From positions 30,227 to 94,226 of the forward strand of contig CANQDP010000004.1 of NCBI GenBank assembly GCA_947593585.1: a DNA stretch of 64,000 nt, given 5' to 3'. This DNA is from an uncultured Clostridia bacterium. GTDB lineage: Bacteria > Bacillota > Clostridia > Christensenellales > UBA1242. Position numbers and translations under genes: made by a program. This document shows, in pieces, positions 42,015 to 53,422 of the stretch (positions are counted from its first letter, which is position 1; every line of letters begins with the position of its first letter). The notes under the pieces are model-generated. The model ran no database searches. It worked only from the letters and a program-made list of their open reading frames with translations, and had not been told where the DNA came from.

Positions 42015-42933
42015 TGTAATTTCCACAAAGGTTAAGATTTTTAGAAATGTTAAAGATTATAAATTTGTGCCAAAACTTGAAGAGCAAAAGAAAGATGAAA
42101 TTATAGATAAACTTTCTTCTGCGTTAAAAGGCGAAATGAATTTGCTTAATATAAACACAGTTGACGAAAACATCGGCAAATTCCTAAAAAGCAGAGGCTT
42201 AATTTCAAATGCAGCAAATCCAAATTTCTTTTTGGGCAAATCAAATAATTGCAGCATCACCTTGTTTGATGATGAGCATATCACAATCACTTCGCTCGCC
42301 GATGGATATGATAAATCCGCTTTCGAAGTTGCTCAATCGCTTGCTTCTCTTTTATCAAACAAAATAAATTTGTCTTATAGTGATAACTATGGCTATCTTA
42401 TGAGCGACCTATCAAAAATTGGTGCGGGCGTTAGGATTGAGTGTGTGATGGATTTCAACTCGATTGTGGCTCTTGAAAAAATCGAGCAGGTTAGGCAAAA
42501 TGTTAGGAAATTAGGCTATTCTTTGGCAAAAACTGACGATAAAAACCTGTTCGTCTTATCCACAGTCTGCAATCTTGGGTTTAGCGAGAGCGAAATATTT
42601 AGCGAGTTTGATAAAATGGTTAATAAACTTCAAGACCTTGAAATAGAAAGTGCAAAAATGTTGGATGTTTCCAACCATGATGAATTGTTAGATAGAGCAT
42701 TGCGCTCAGTTGCGGTGTTGAAATCTGCATATATCATGGATTATGTTGAATTAAAATCTCAAATTTCCACTCTTCGCACCGCTTTAAATTTAGGGCTAAT
42801 AGAAATTTCTTCCAAAACGCTAAACGAATTGCAGAATTTAACCTATGAAAACAAAGAATTTATATCAAGAAGCGAAGCCATAGGCTTAGCAAAAAATGTG
42901 CAAAAGATTTTAAAAGGAGATAAAAATGTATAA
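42007..42933 (+). CDS. mcsB: McsB homologue with degenerate arginine-kinase motifs
   Basis: Position between mcsA and clpC. Residual ISTKVKIFRN, YGYL and LGFSE motifs, but catalytic motifs altered. Confidence 0.8.
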   Translation: MNNVISTKVKIFRNVKDYKFVPKLEEQKKDEIIDKLSSALKGEMNLLNINTVDENIGKFLKSRGLISNAANPNFFLGKSNNCSITLFDDEHITITSLADGYDKSAFEVAQSLASLLSNKINLSYSDNYGYLMSDLSKIGAGVRIECVMDFNSIVALEKIEQVRQNVRKLGYSLAKTDDKNLFVLSTVCNLGFSESEIFSEFDKMVNKLQDLEIESAKMLDVSNHDELLDRALRSVAVLKSAYIMDYVELKSQISTLRTALNLGLIEISSKTLNELQNLTYENKEFISRSEAIGLAKNVQKILKGDKNV

Positions 42934-45394
42934 CCTAACAGATTTGGCAAACAAAACCATTCAAGTGGCGAGCCAATTCGCCTCAAATTATGGCAACGAG
43001 GTTGGCACAGAGCACATCTTGTATGCTCTCACAAAGGTTGAAAGCAAATCTAAAAAATTTTTGCAGGCATATAGGCTGGATAGCGACATCATAAAAGATG
43101 TGTTAGACCAAGTTGGTAATAAGGGCATTCCTTCAAACACTGTTGAAATCACCCCGCGCGTTAAAGAACTCATCATGATTGCATCGTCCATTGCAAAACG
43201 CACGCATAGTGCCTATATTTCAACCGAGCATTTGTTGGTTGCACTTTTAAGCCAAGAAGATAGTTTTGCCATTGGAATTTTGCAAAACGCCCTTAAATTA
43301 AACACTTTAGAGATGCGAAACAAGGCGCTTGGGCTAATCACAAACAATCAATCCAATCCGCAGCAGCAGGCATTTAATGCAGACGGATTTGTTCAGCTTG
43401 GTAATATGGGTAATAATTCAAATTCAAATCAAAGAGAAAGTTATAGAAGCGAATTGCCAGAAGAACTTTTGGAAATGGGTTCAGACCTAACTTTGCGTGC
43501 AAAAAACGGCAAAATTGACCCAATTATTGGTAGAGACGGCGAAATAGAGCGCATGATAGAAATCCTTTGCCGCAAAACGAAAAACAACCCAGTTTTGATT
43601 GGTGAAGCAGGCGTGGGCAAAACAGCAATCGTTGAAGGTCTAGCTCGCCGAATTGTGTCGGGAGATGTGCCCGCTTTCTTAAAAAATAAAACCATTTATA
43701 GCCTAGACATTGGTGGCTTAATGGCTGGCACAAAATATCGCGGCAGCATGGAGGAAAAACTAAAGAATGCCATTGAATTAATCACAACCAACAAAAATAT
43801 CATCGTTTTCATAGACGAAATTCACACGCTTGCTCAAGTTGGCAGTGAAAAGGGTGAAGCAAATCCGGCAGATATGTTAAAGCCATATCTTGCGCGTGGA
43901 GAAATGCAAACAATAGGTGCAACCACCACAGATGAATATCGTAAATATATTGAGCAAGACAAAGCGTTGGAGCGCCGTTTCCAGCCAATCACGGTTGACC
44001 CTCCAACAGTTGAGCAAACAATTGAAATCCTAACTGGTTTGCGTGATAGTTATGAGGCATTCCATAATGTTAAAATTTCAAACGAAGCAATAAAAGCAGC
44101 AGCCGAATTGAGCGATAGATACATTCAAGACCGTAGCCTACCAGATAAGGCAATCGACCTGATAGACGAGGCGTCAAGCCGTGCAAAAGTGAAAAACAAT
44201 TATGAAAGCAGCGAAATCAAAGCCTTGAAAGAAAAACTTTCAAAGTTAGAGGTGGATAAAGAGAACGCCGTAACGCGTGAAGACTTTGAAAAAGCAAGCA
44301 AATTGCGTGACCAAATTGCAAAAACCAAAGAAGAAATAGAACGCCAAAAATCAGTTTCTATCAAACCACAAACCGAAACGGTTATCACAGAGCAAGATGT
44401 GGCAGAAGTTGTCAGCAAATGGACAAACATTCCGCTCACAAAGCTCACAGAAGGGGAGGCTGAAAAACTTTTGCACCTTGAGAAAGTGCTCACAGAGCGC
44501 GTAAAGGGGCAGGACGAAGCTGTTGAAAAGGTGGCAAAAGCCATCAGGCGCAGCCGCATAGGCATTCGCGACCCTCGTCGCCCAATTGGCAGTTTCTTGT
44601 TCTTGGGTCCTACAGGTGTGGGCAAAACTGAACTTAGCAAGGCTCTTGCGGAAGCGTTGTTTGATGATGAAAATAAGATTATCCGCCTAGATATGAGCGA
44701 ATTTATGGAAGCCCATAGCGTAAGTAAGTTAATAGGAAGCCCTCCGGGGTATGTTGGCTTTGACGATGGCGGGCAATTAACCGAGCAAGTTAGGCGCAAA
44801 CCTTATAGCGTAGTTTTGTTTGATGAAATTGAAAAGGCGCATCCGGAAGTTTTCAATATGTTGCTTCAAATTTTGGATGACGGCCGCTTGACCGATAGCC
44901 ACGGCAAAGTGGTAAGTTTTAAAAACACCATCATCATTTTAACGTCAAACATTGGCAGTGATAAACTAAACAAAACCAACGTAAATTTAGGCTTTGGCGA
45001 TAGCGCTAAAAACGATAAGTCCAATGTTATGTTGGACGAACTTAAAAAATATTTTAAGCCAGAATTGATTAACAGAATAGATAATATTGTGCAATTTAAT
45101 AAACTTTCTCAACCTGTGCTTAAAGAAATTGCAAAGAAAATGCTTGCCGACCTAAACAAAAACTTAAAACAAAGTGGAGTAGAGTTGAAATTTACGCCAG
45201 CAACATTAAATTATCTTGTTAAAAATGGCACGAATGAGGATTTTGGTGCGCGTCCACTTCGTAGGCTTATCACCACCAAAATTGAAGATGAATTGGCAGA
45301 TAAAATGCTAAAAGGCGAAGTTAAGTCTGGCGACCAACTTTTAGTTGATTGCAAAAATGATAAATTAGCATTCTTAACCAAACAAGCAGAATAA
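42926..45394 (+). CDS. clpC: ATP-dependent Clp protease ATPase subunit
   Basis: Clp N-repeats (GTEHIL), [30 protein letters not shown]. Confidence 0.97.
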   Translation: MYNLTDLANKTIQVASQFASNYGNEVGTEHILYALTKVESKSKKFLQAYRLDSDIIKDVLDQVGNKGIPSNTVEITPRVKELIMIASSIAKRTHSAYISTEHLLVALLSQEDSFAIGILQNALKLNTLEMRNKALGLITNNQSNPQQQAFNADGFVQLGNMGNNSNSNQRESYRSELPEELLEMGSDLTLRAKNGKIDPIIGRDGEIERMIEILCRKTKNNPVLIGEAGVGKTAIVEGLARRIVSGDVPAFLKNKTIYSLDIGGLMAGTKYRGSMEEKLKNAIELITTNKNIIVFIDEIHTLAQVGSEKGEANPADMLKPYLARGEMQTIGATTTDEYRKYIEQDKALERRFQPITVDPPTVEQTIEILTGLRDSYEAFHNVKISNEAIKAAAELSDRYIQDRSLPDKAIDLIDEASSRAKVKNNYESSEIKALKEKLSKLEVDKENAVTREDFEKASKLRDQIAKTKEEIERQKSVSIKPQTETVITEQDVAEVVSKWTNIPLTKLTEGEAEKLLHLEKVLTERVKGQDEAVEKVAKAIRRSRIGIRDPRRPIGSFLFLGPTGVGKTELSKALAEALFDDENKIIRLDMSEFMEAHSVSKLIGSPPGYVGFDDGGQLTEQVRRKPYSVVLFDEIEKAHPEVFNMLLQILDDGRLTDSHGKVVSFKNTIIILTSNIGSDKLNKTNVNLGFGDSAKNDKSNVMLDELKKYFKPELINRIDNIVQFNKLSQPVLKEIAKKMLADLNKNLKQSGVELKFTPATLNYLVKNGTNEDFGARPLRRLITTKIEDELADKMLKGEVKSGDQLLVDCKNDKLAFLTKQAE

Positions 45395-45416
45395 AAAAGG
45401 GCGTTGTGCCCTTTTT
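45393..45416. terminator. Bidirectional terminator
   Basis: AAAAAGGGC-GTTGT-GCCCTTTTT. Confidence 0.8.
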
Positions 45417-45419
45417 ATT

Positions 45420-46208
45420 TTATTGCATTTGTACAATGCTTCCCGCATCGAAGAACACTTGTTTAAAGCCTTCGTAAGATGGAGCATTTAGCACCCCGTT
45501 TTGTGAGGCAATGATTGTTGACTTGCTTTTTAAATCTAAAACAATTTCGTTTGCCAAATCAAAATAGGGTGCGTCTAAATTTTCAAAGAAGTTTTCAATT
45601 GAAATATATTTTGGCTCTCTAATTTTTGCTCTAAGCAACGCAATAATTTTTTTGGCAGATAAACTTAATTTTTTAACTTTGATCTTTAAAAAGTTCTCAA
45701 AGTCGTTTTCAAGTTTATCTTGATTGTTGTTTTTTATATAATCATCATTATAACTTTTGTTATTTTCATTTGCTTTAAAATTGCTGTTTGTTTTTTCATT
45801 GCTTGCACTTTTATTATTTTGAATTGCATTAAAATTTTCAAAAATTTTTAAAAAATAGGGTGAAATTGCAGTTTTTGCTCGCAAAATTGCCTCTTTTTTA
45901 TTGATTTTTCTAATTTTTAATGGATAAATTAAATTTTCTAAAATGCTTTTATTTTCAAACAAACATGGTTTTTGTGGGATGAATGCAAGAGATAAATCTC
46001 TATCTTTAATTTGCACTAAATCATGGTTTTCAAAATAAATTTTGCCTTGGTAGTGCTTGTCAATTTTAGATAGTATGCGCAACAAAAAATTATTTCCACT
46101 CGTTTCATTTCCAATCAAAAGTGTGTTTTCATTAATCTCCAAACTAACATTATAAAGTGAATAATATTCTTTGATATATTTTATGCTAACATTTTCAATC
46201 TTTATCAT
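45420..46208 (-). CDS. Degenerate ABC-ATPase-like protein
   Basis: ABC layout (IKIENVS...SLYNVSLEI, FIPQKPCLF...SILENL) with eroded Walker A, signature and Walker B. Confidence 0.7.
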   Translation of the reverse strand: MIKIENVSIKYIKEYYSLYNVSLEINENTLLIGNETSGNNFLLRILSKIDKHYQGKIYFENHDLVQIKDRDLSLAFIPQKPCLFENKSILENLIYPLKIRKINKKEAILRAKTAISPYFLKIFENFNAIQNNKSASNEKTNSNFKANENNKSYNDDYIKNNNQDKLENDFENFLKIKVKKLSLSAKKIIALLRAKIREPKYISIENFFENLDAPYFDLANEIVLDLKSKSTIIASQNGVLNAPSYEGFKQVFFDAGSIVQMQ

Positions 46209-46260
46209 ATCATCATATTAGCATAAACTAACAAAAAAATCAATTTGATGCCTTATAAAC

Positions 46261-47364
46261 TTAAAACTTCAAATATCCCGCACCCTCGCTATCTTTATCT
46301 CCCGTTATTTTCACGCAGTGGTCGAGCAAAAATTTTTTAATCTCATTATTTGTCATGGTTGGATAGCGAGATTTTATTATTGCACAAATTCCGGCAACGA
46401 TAGGCGTGGCAACGCTCGTTCCAGACATAACTGTGTAGGGTGGAATAGAGTTATTGCAGGCAACAATATCCACGGCGGGAGCGAGCAAATCAGGTTTGTG
46501 CCCATAAATCGTTGGCCCACAACTTGAAAAATCTGCCACTTTCATGCTTTTGCTATCGAGTGCTCCCACGGTGATAATATATGGGTTATTTCCGGGGGAT
46601 TTAATTGTGCTTTTGTTTGGCCCACTGTTGCCCGCTGCTGCCACAACCACTATTCCGCGTTTCCACAAACTTTCCGCGCCTTTAGAAAGTGGGTCGCTGC
46701 CATTAATAACATCTGCGCCAAAACTCATGCACACCACAGAAATATTATATGCTTTATGATTTTCAAACACCCATTGCATGGCGTCCAAAATCATGTTGCT
46801 GTTGCTATTGCCTTTATCTCCCAGCGCCTTAATCATGATGATGTTTGCTCTTGTGGCAAATCCAAGATGAGTGTTTTCAATCGTTCCATTTCCACAGCAA
46901 ACACCCGCCACAAAAGTGCCATGCCCGTTGTCATCATATTGCGTTTGAGATTGATGATATAGGTCTATGAATTTAATCACTCTGTTGTGCGGAAAAATGA
47001 AATCTAGATGCGGGAAAATTCCTGTGTCTATAAAGCAAATAGTTTGCCCCTGACCAAAAAACTTATTTTCCGTTAATGCTGATATGTTCATAAAATCGCA
47101 TTCAGCATTTTCAATCTTCACTTCACTATTAGAAAATATGTAACTCACACAGTTTTGATTTGATAGAATGTTTATGTCGTCAAAATCGGCCGGCAAGCAA
47201 AAACAATTTGCAAAGCGATAAGGAGTGTAGTGGTATTTATAAGTTTTCAAAAATTTTTTCATGTCATCAAAATTATTTGCGCTCACCACCACGCATTCTG
47301 TTTGCTTATTTTCTAGGGTTGAAACCTTATTTAAAATTTCTGGGCTAATCTTATTTTTATCCAT
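46261..47364 (-). CDS. Subtilisin-like S8 serine protease (AprX-like)
   Basis: Triad motifs FIDTGI, NGHGTFVAG, SGTSVATP, plus AAGNSG. Confidence 0.93.
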   Translation of the reverse strand: MDKNKISPEILNKVSTLENKQTECVVVSANNFDDMKKFLKTYKYHYTPYRFANCFCLPADFDDINILSNQNCVSYIFSNSEVKIENAECDFMNISALTENKFFGQGQTICFIDTGIFPHLDFIFPHNRVIKFIDLYHQSQTQYDDNGHGTFVAGVCCGNGTIENTHLGFATRANIIMIKALGDKGNSNSNMILDAMQWVFENHKAYNISVVCMSFGADVINGSDPLSKGAESLWKRGIVVVAAAGNSGPNKSTIKSPGNNPYIITVGALDSKSMKVADFSSCGPTIYGHKPDLLAPAVDIVACNNSIPPYTVMSGTSVATPIVAGICAIIKSRYPTMTNNEIKKFLLDHCVKITGDKDSEGAGYLKF

Positions 47365-47425
47365 ATTTTTTTTAAAAAACTAAAAATTTTATATGTTTTT
47401 TGCAAAAATCTTTATTTTTGCTGCT

Positions 47426-47698
47426 TTATTTTAACATTTTTATAATTTCTTCAAGCATTTCTTTTTGTTCGGCATTCAAAAATGGTTCGATTGTGTTTTT
47501 CAAACTCATTAAACTTTTTTCGTCAAGTTTGCCCTCGCTCTTTAGCCTCGCAGCCTCTTTCATGAGTTGGCTTAAAAGTGAATTTCTATCTAAATCTTTA
47601 TACTTATCCAATATCTCTTGATATTCACTTAATTTGTCTTTGTTTTCTTGCACCACTTCATGATTTTTTTCAGCAAAACTTTTAAAATCTCTTGGCAT
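47426..47698 (-). CDS. Small hypothetical protein, likely sporulation-related
   Basis: GAGGTG SD and CATATATA -10-like box upstream. Confidence 0.7.
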   Translation of the reverse strand: MPRDFKSFAEKNHEVVQENKDKLSEYQEILDKYKDLDRNSLLSQLMKEAARLKSEGKLDEKSLMSLKNTIEPFLNAEQKEMLEEIIKMLK

Positions 47699-47778
47699 AA
47701 AACACCTCGATTAATATATATGAAAAATTTTCATCATCTGCCACTAACATATTGAAGTTTGAATTCATATTTATAAAT

Positions 47779-48258
47779 ATGGAAAACTCTTCAAACAATA
47801 TTTTTTATGATGCCAATGCCTACATCCAAAATTGGAATTATCCAAAGCCTAATCAAGACTGTAAGGGCGCAAAAAAAGTGGTGTTTCAGCAGCCATATGA
47901 GTGCGTGCCGGATTTTTACATAAACAACAATTTTGAAAAAGGCAATTGCAACTGCATTCCAAAGCCAAAACCCAAATGCCCGCCAAAGCCAGCATTTTCC
48001 TTCGACCTTAAAAACATATTGCCCTTGCTAACCGGTCTTTTAAAAAATGGCAATCAAAATGGCATTTCTAAAATTTTGTCGGCATTAACCGGTGATAAGG
48101 GTGATGGAGTAAAAGACTTTGATTTTAGCAAAATTTTAAACCTGCTGGGTTCTTCCGGCTTTGAAAACTTATTTAATTCATTTTCTTCTAAAAAAACAAA
48201 AGCCGATGACATAAAATCAACCGACTTTGAAATAAAAAATTACACACGTGTTGAATAA
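47779..48258 (+). CDS. Hypothetical protein (Cys/Pro-rich segment, spore-coat-like)
   Basis: CNCIPKPKPKCPPKP. CATATTTA 5 nt before ATG 47779. Confidence 0.6.
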   Translation: MENSSNNIFYDANAYIQNWNYPKPNQDCKGAKKVVFQQPYECVPDFYINNNFEKGNCNCIPKPKPKCPPKPAFSFDLKNILPLLTGLLKNGNQNGISKILSALTGDKGDGVKDFDFSKILNLLGSSGFENLFNSFSSKKTKADDIKSTDFEIKNYTRVE

Positions 48259-48276
48259 AAAAACCGCATAATGCGG

Positions 48277-48915
48277 TTAGATTGAATCAATATCCACAAA
48301 AATTGGGCTTTCGGTGGTCAAACCAAGGTTTGTTAGTGTGGCTTTGGTTCTAAACACAATTTCATTAATTGCGGTGTCGCTATCTTGTTTGTTTGTATAA
48401 CTTATTTTTCTGCATTCGTTGAAGTTAGGGTCATATCTGGCAATTTTTTTATCCCAATTTCTTGAGTTATATTTTAAAATGGTTTTTATCACAGATTTCA
48501 AGTCAAATGCGAACTTGTCGCTCACGTTCTTAAATTGCCTTCTTCTTGCTCTAAATAAATTTGTGAATAAGTCATCATTATAATTTTGTTTGCTAAATAG
48601 ACTATAGATTATTCTTTTTATGTTTTGATCTAGTTCACCAGATGCTTGCACTAATCCCGTTTCACTGTTCAAAAAATAATATTTATCTTTGGTTAGCACT
48701 GCGTGAATTATGTTGTCTATGCACATCTCAGCAGTGGCATTTTCAATCAAAATTTCATCTTCGGTGGCGTTAATCAAATCAAACTTTCCGTGCAAAGCAT
48801 CTCTATCTAAAAACGCCTGCACAAACACATTTTTTGCGCCCTCGCATGAAACGCTCATTGCTCCTTGATAGTTTTTCTCAACAAAATTTTCTTGCACATA
48901 TTCGCTTGCTGTCAT
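48277..48915 (-). CDS. Hypothetical protein
   Basis: AAGGAGG SD and TTGACA-17-TAATAT promoter. Confidence 0.8.
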   Translation of the reverse strand: MTASEYVQENFVEKNYQGAMSVSCEGAKNVFVQAFLDRDALHGKFDLINATEDEILIENATAEMCIDNIIHAVLTKDKYYFLNSETGLVQASGELDQNIKRIIYSLFSKQNYNDDLFTNLFRARRRQFKNVSDKFAFDLKSVIKTILKYNSRNWDKKIARYDPNFNECRKISYTNKQDSDTAINEIVFRTKATLTNLGLTTESPIFVDIDSI

Positions 48916-49090
48916 ACTTCCTCCTTAACTTGCTTATATTATCATATTTTTCAAAAATTGTCAATACTCAACCTTAAAAAACTTGCAAAATTGTGCTAAT
49001 TTCTCGTTTTATCAAAATTTTTCGTGAAAATTTTAGATAGATATTGACAAATTTTCGCTTTCTGCTATAATAAAGTCAAGGTCGATTGAT

Positions 49091-49426
49091 ATGAATTTGA
49101 AAACTAATGAATTCTTAAAATCAAATCTGTTTATTGTGTTTAAACGAGAAACTTCCCGCACTCTCGAAGTTGAAAACTCTGAGGATAGCGCGGTTTATTC
49201 TTCTGCCAAAGAAGTGGTTAAACTTAGGCATTTGTTGCCCAAAGAACAGGTGCTAATATTTAATTGCCGTGGAGTTAAAATCAAAATTGACTATCGCATC
49301 ACTTGGGTGGATATCAACAACATTTATTGGCTGATTGTAGATAGCAAATCCAAAGCAGAAGCAAAAGCAAAGGTTGAGAGTTATAAGGAAAGAAACAATC
49401 TAATAAAACACAAAAAGGTTGACTAA
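49091..49426 (+). CDS. Hypothetical protein, paralogue A
   Basis: TTGACA-16-TATAAT promoter. Similar to the next ORF. Confidence 0.75.
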   Translation: MNLKTNEFLKSNLFIVFKRETSRTLEVENSEDSAVYSSAKEVVKLRHLLPKEQVLIFNCRGVKIKIDYRITWVDINNIYWLIVDSKSKAEAKAKVESYKERNNLIKHKKVD

Positions 49427-49436
49427 TAGGTGAATT

Positions 49437-49769
49437 ATGGAAAAGAAATTAGAAGACTATTTAAAAACTTGCACGACAATTTTTGTGAAGAAGAACACGC
49501 CAGTGGCGATTGTGCTGCAAGCAAAAGATGGGGCAGGGATGTCATCCATCGCCAAGGAAGCAGCGAATGTGAGATATTTTTTTGACCAAAGCAAAGATGT
49601 GGTTTTGAGCCTTAATTCAATAAGGTTTAAAGTTAAGCCTAAATATTCAGCTAAGGACATTGCAAATATCTATTACATCATAGAAGGGCTAAGCAGAAAA
49701 GAGGCAGAAGAAAAAATTGCTCATTATGAGCAAACTAGGCATCTAACATCTAGCATAAGTGCAAGTTAA
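49437..49769 (+). CDS. Hypothetical protein, paralogue B
   Basis: AGGTGA SD. Shares AKE...R and DIxNIY...EA pattern with the previous ORF. Confidence 0.75.
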   Translation: MEKKLEDYLKTCTTIFVKKNTPVAIVLQAKDGAGMSSIAKEAANVRYFFDQSKDVVLSLNSIRFKVKPKYSAKDIANIYYIIEGLSRKEAEEKIAHYEQTRHLTSSISAS

Positions 49770-49775
49770 AAGGCA

Positions 49776-50069
49776 TCACGCCAAAATGTGCGTAATGCCT
49801 TTTTTCTCGCTATGCTTATAAAGGACAATTTTTTTGCCAATGGTGGTTACCACCTCTGCACCCAACTTAACCGCCATTTCTGTTAGTTCAAATTCTGTTG
49901 GGGTTGGCACATTGTCCTGCATGGTGATTTTAACGAGTTCATGATTAAAAAGTTCCTCTTCAATTTGCGTCAAAACTTTCTCGCTAAAACCTTCTTTGCC
50001 CACCCAAACAGTTGGCTTAATGGTGGAAGCGATGCTTCTTAATTTAATTCGCTCGGTTTTTGTTATCAC
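49776..50069 (-). CDS. yhbY: RNA-binding protein YhbY (CRM domain)
   Basis: LRSIA...VGKEG, HELVKI, IGKKIVLYK. Downstream of obgE. Confidence 0.92.
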   Translation of the reverse strand: MITKTERIKLRSIASTIKPTVWVGKEGFSEKVLTQIEEELFNHELVKITMQDNVPTPTEFELTEMAVKLGAEVVTTIGKKIVLYKHSEKKGITHILA

Positions 50070-50565
50070 AACTCCTCCTTTTTAATGGTTTTTGATAAAA
50101 CAAGATAAGTGTGCCGTCTTCGATTTCACTGGTGATAAACTGCGTGTAACCAAAATGCAAGTAAATTGCAAGATTGCGGCTTTCTTTTGCTTCAACCCCT
50201 ATTGTCAAATAGGAAAATCCTTTCTTTTTTGCAAAACTTTCTACTGTCTTAACGAGTTTTGAAATATGACCTTGCCCCTCATATTGTTTTTCAATTCTTA
50301 TGGTGGATAGATATGCCTTTTCATTGCTCGCACACAGCAAATCTTTGCATTTAAACTTAATATTTTCTCTGTTGAGCACAATAGAGCATTGACCAACAGG
50401 GTCATTTTCATTTAACACCACAAAAGTGATAATATCTCCATTTTTATTTGCCTGTATAAACGACTTTTTCCATTTCACATATCTTTTATCGGCAATGTGT
50501 GATTTGATGTCCTTATCCCAAATCGTGTTTAGGTCGCTCATTGTCGCTTTTCTATAAATAAACAT
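50044..50565 (-). CDS. GNAT acetyltransferase
   Basis: IEKQYEGQGHISKL and NLAIYLHFGY. Confidence 0.88.
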   Translation of the reverse strand: MFIYRKATMSDLNTIWDKDIKSHIADKRYVKWKKSFIQANKNGDIITFVVLNENDPVGQCSIVLNRENIKFKCKDLLCASNEKAYLSTIRIEKQYEGQGHISKLVKTVESFAKKKGFSYLTIGVEAKESRNLAIYLHFGYTQFITSEIEDGTLILFYQKPLKRRSCDNKNRAN

Positions 50566-50607
50566 CTTTCTCCTTGATTATCATTTGCCCAATGTGGGCA
50601 AAATTGC

Positions 50608-51885
<1,278 letters not shown>

Positions 51886-51983
51886 TTATCTATTAGATTT
51901 TAGCAAACAATCAATTTTTTGTCAATCCAAATTCGGTTGACACAACCAAATGATTTATTTATAATTCAAATTAGGAGAAAACA

Positions 51984-53420
51984 ATGAAAAAAGTATTATG
52001 CATTATCGTGTCTGTTTTCGCATTGCTTTTGGGTGTGAATGCGGTTGTTTTCCATTTTTGTTATAAATATAAAGAGAAAGTGGATAGTTTTACAGACGCT
52101 CAATATTTTGGATTTCCACAGCACGAAATCAAGCAAGAAACCGCACAGACGGTGGCGGACTTCGCCTCACTAAAAGCGGCGGTTGAGGCAAAAACAAACA
52201 ACATAACTATCACTAGCAGTTTTGATTTTGAAGAAACTCTATTTATAGATTATGCTTGCTCAATCACGGCAGACGGCGAAATCACTCTTTCTCGCAAAGA
52301 TGATTTTGTTGGCGATTTCTTTGTTTTGGGCGAGGATAAAGATGGCAACAAAACGGCACTCACTCGCCAAATTTCATCTTTAAATTTAACCAATCTAACC
52401 ATTGACGGCAAAAACATAGAAGCATCTGGCAGCATAGTGTTTTTATATAATGGCTCAAAAGCCACACTTGGCAGCGGGCTAACAATTAAAAACTGCTTAA
52501 AGACTGGCAATGAAAGAACCTTGAAAGAGGATAATTTTTGCAAACTATCATATCCAGAGAGAGTGGGCGGAGCAGTGGCAATAGTCGATAGGGCTGAGTT
52601 GGTTATAGATGGTGCGCAGTTGTTAGATTGCTCGGTAAACACAAGTTCTAAAACAGAAGTAAGTTATAATGGCGGCACAATCTATTCACAGGGTGTGTTA
52701 ATCATGAATAGCGGTCTAATCGCAAGAAGCAAAGCAGCTTCGGGCGCAGGCATTTATAACTACGCCACCACTTATCTAAACGGTGGAGAAATCACGGAAT
52801 GTGTTGCAAGTTCAAATGGTGGTGCGGTTGCCACTCCAAACACACAATATGGCAATCTCGTGGTTGTTGATGCAAAAATCACAAACAACAAGGCAAAAAA
52901 TGGTGGTGCGTTCCATCAAAATTTGGCAGCCAGCATTTTAATAGACGGCAATAATGAAATCAAAAATAATCAGTCCACACAAAATGGTGGCGCAATTTAT
53001 TCACGCGGCAGTGTGGTGATAAAAAATGCAAATTTTGAAAGCAACAAAGCCGGGGGATATGGTGGTGCAATATATCAAGAGCATGACACATCAAAAACCG
53101 ACTCCACCATTAGATTTTGTGAACTTCATTCGGGTGCAAAATTTATAAACAATTCAACTGATGGTGAGTTCGGAGGGGCAATAGCGGCAAACAAAAATGC
53201 AATAATAAAAATCTTTGGAGCCACTTTCCAAGGGAATAGAAATGCTTCTAATCTAAATTCAGGCAGTGCGATAATTGAGGCATCGTCAAACTCTGCAGGC
53301 GAAATTCATATCTATGAAATCAACTCGCTAGACGAAGTGGAAGATTGGCTCACCACATTCAACTTTCAAGAGCAAGATGGTCTAAAAGGCTTGATTATAG
53401 ACCATTCAACGGAGGCGTAA
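51984..53420 (+). CDS. Exported beta-helix repeat protein (GGA[I/V] repeats)
   Basis: N-terminal signal/anchor and repeated NxA...GGAIY motifs. Confidence 0.8.
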   Translation: MKKVLCIIVSVFALLLGVNAVVFHFCYKYKEKVDSFTDAQYFGFPQHEIKQETAQTVADFASLKAAVEAKTNNITITSSFDFEETLFIDYACSITADGEITLSRKDDFVGDFFVLGEDKDGNKTALTRQISSLNLTNLTIDGKNIEASGSIVFLYNGSKATLGSGLTIKNCLKTGNERTLKEDNFCKLSYPERVGGAVAIVDRAELVIDGAQLLDCSVNTSSKTEVSYNGGTIYSQGVLIMNSGLIARSKAASGAGIYNYATTYLNGGEITECVASSNGGAVATPNTQYGNLVVVDAKITNNKAKNGGAFHQNLAASILIDGNNEIKNNQSTQNGGAIYSRGSVVIKNANFESNKAGGYGGAIYQEHDTSKTDSTIRFCELHSGAKFINNSTDGEFGGAIAANKNAIIKIFGATFQGNRNASNLNSGSAIIEASSNSAGEIHIYEINSLDEVEDWLTTFNFQEQDGLKGLIIDHSTEA

Positions 53421-53422
53421 AT

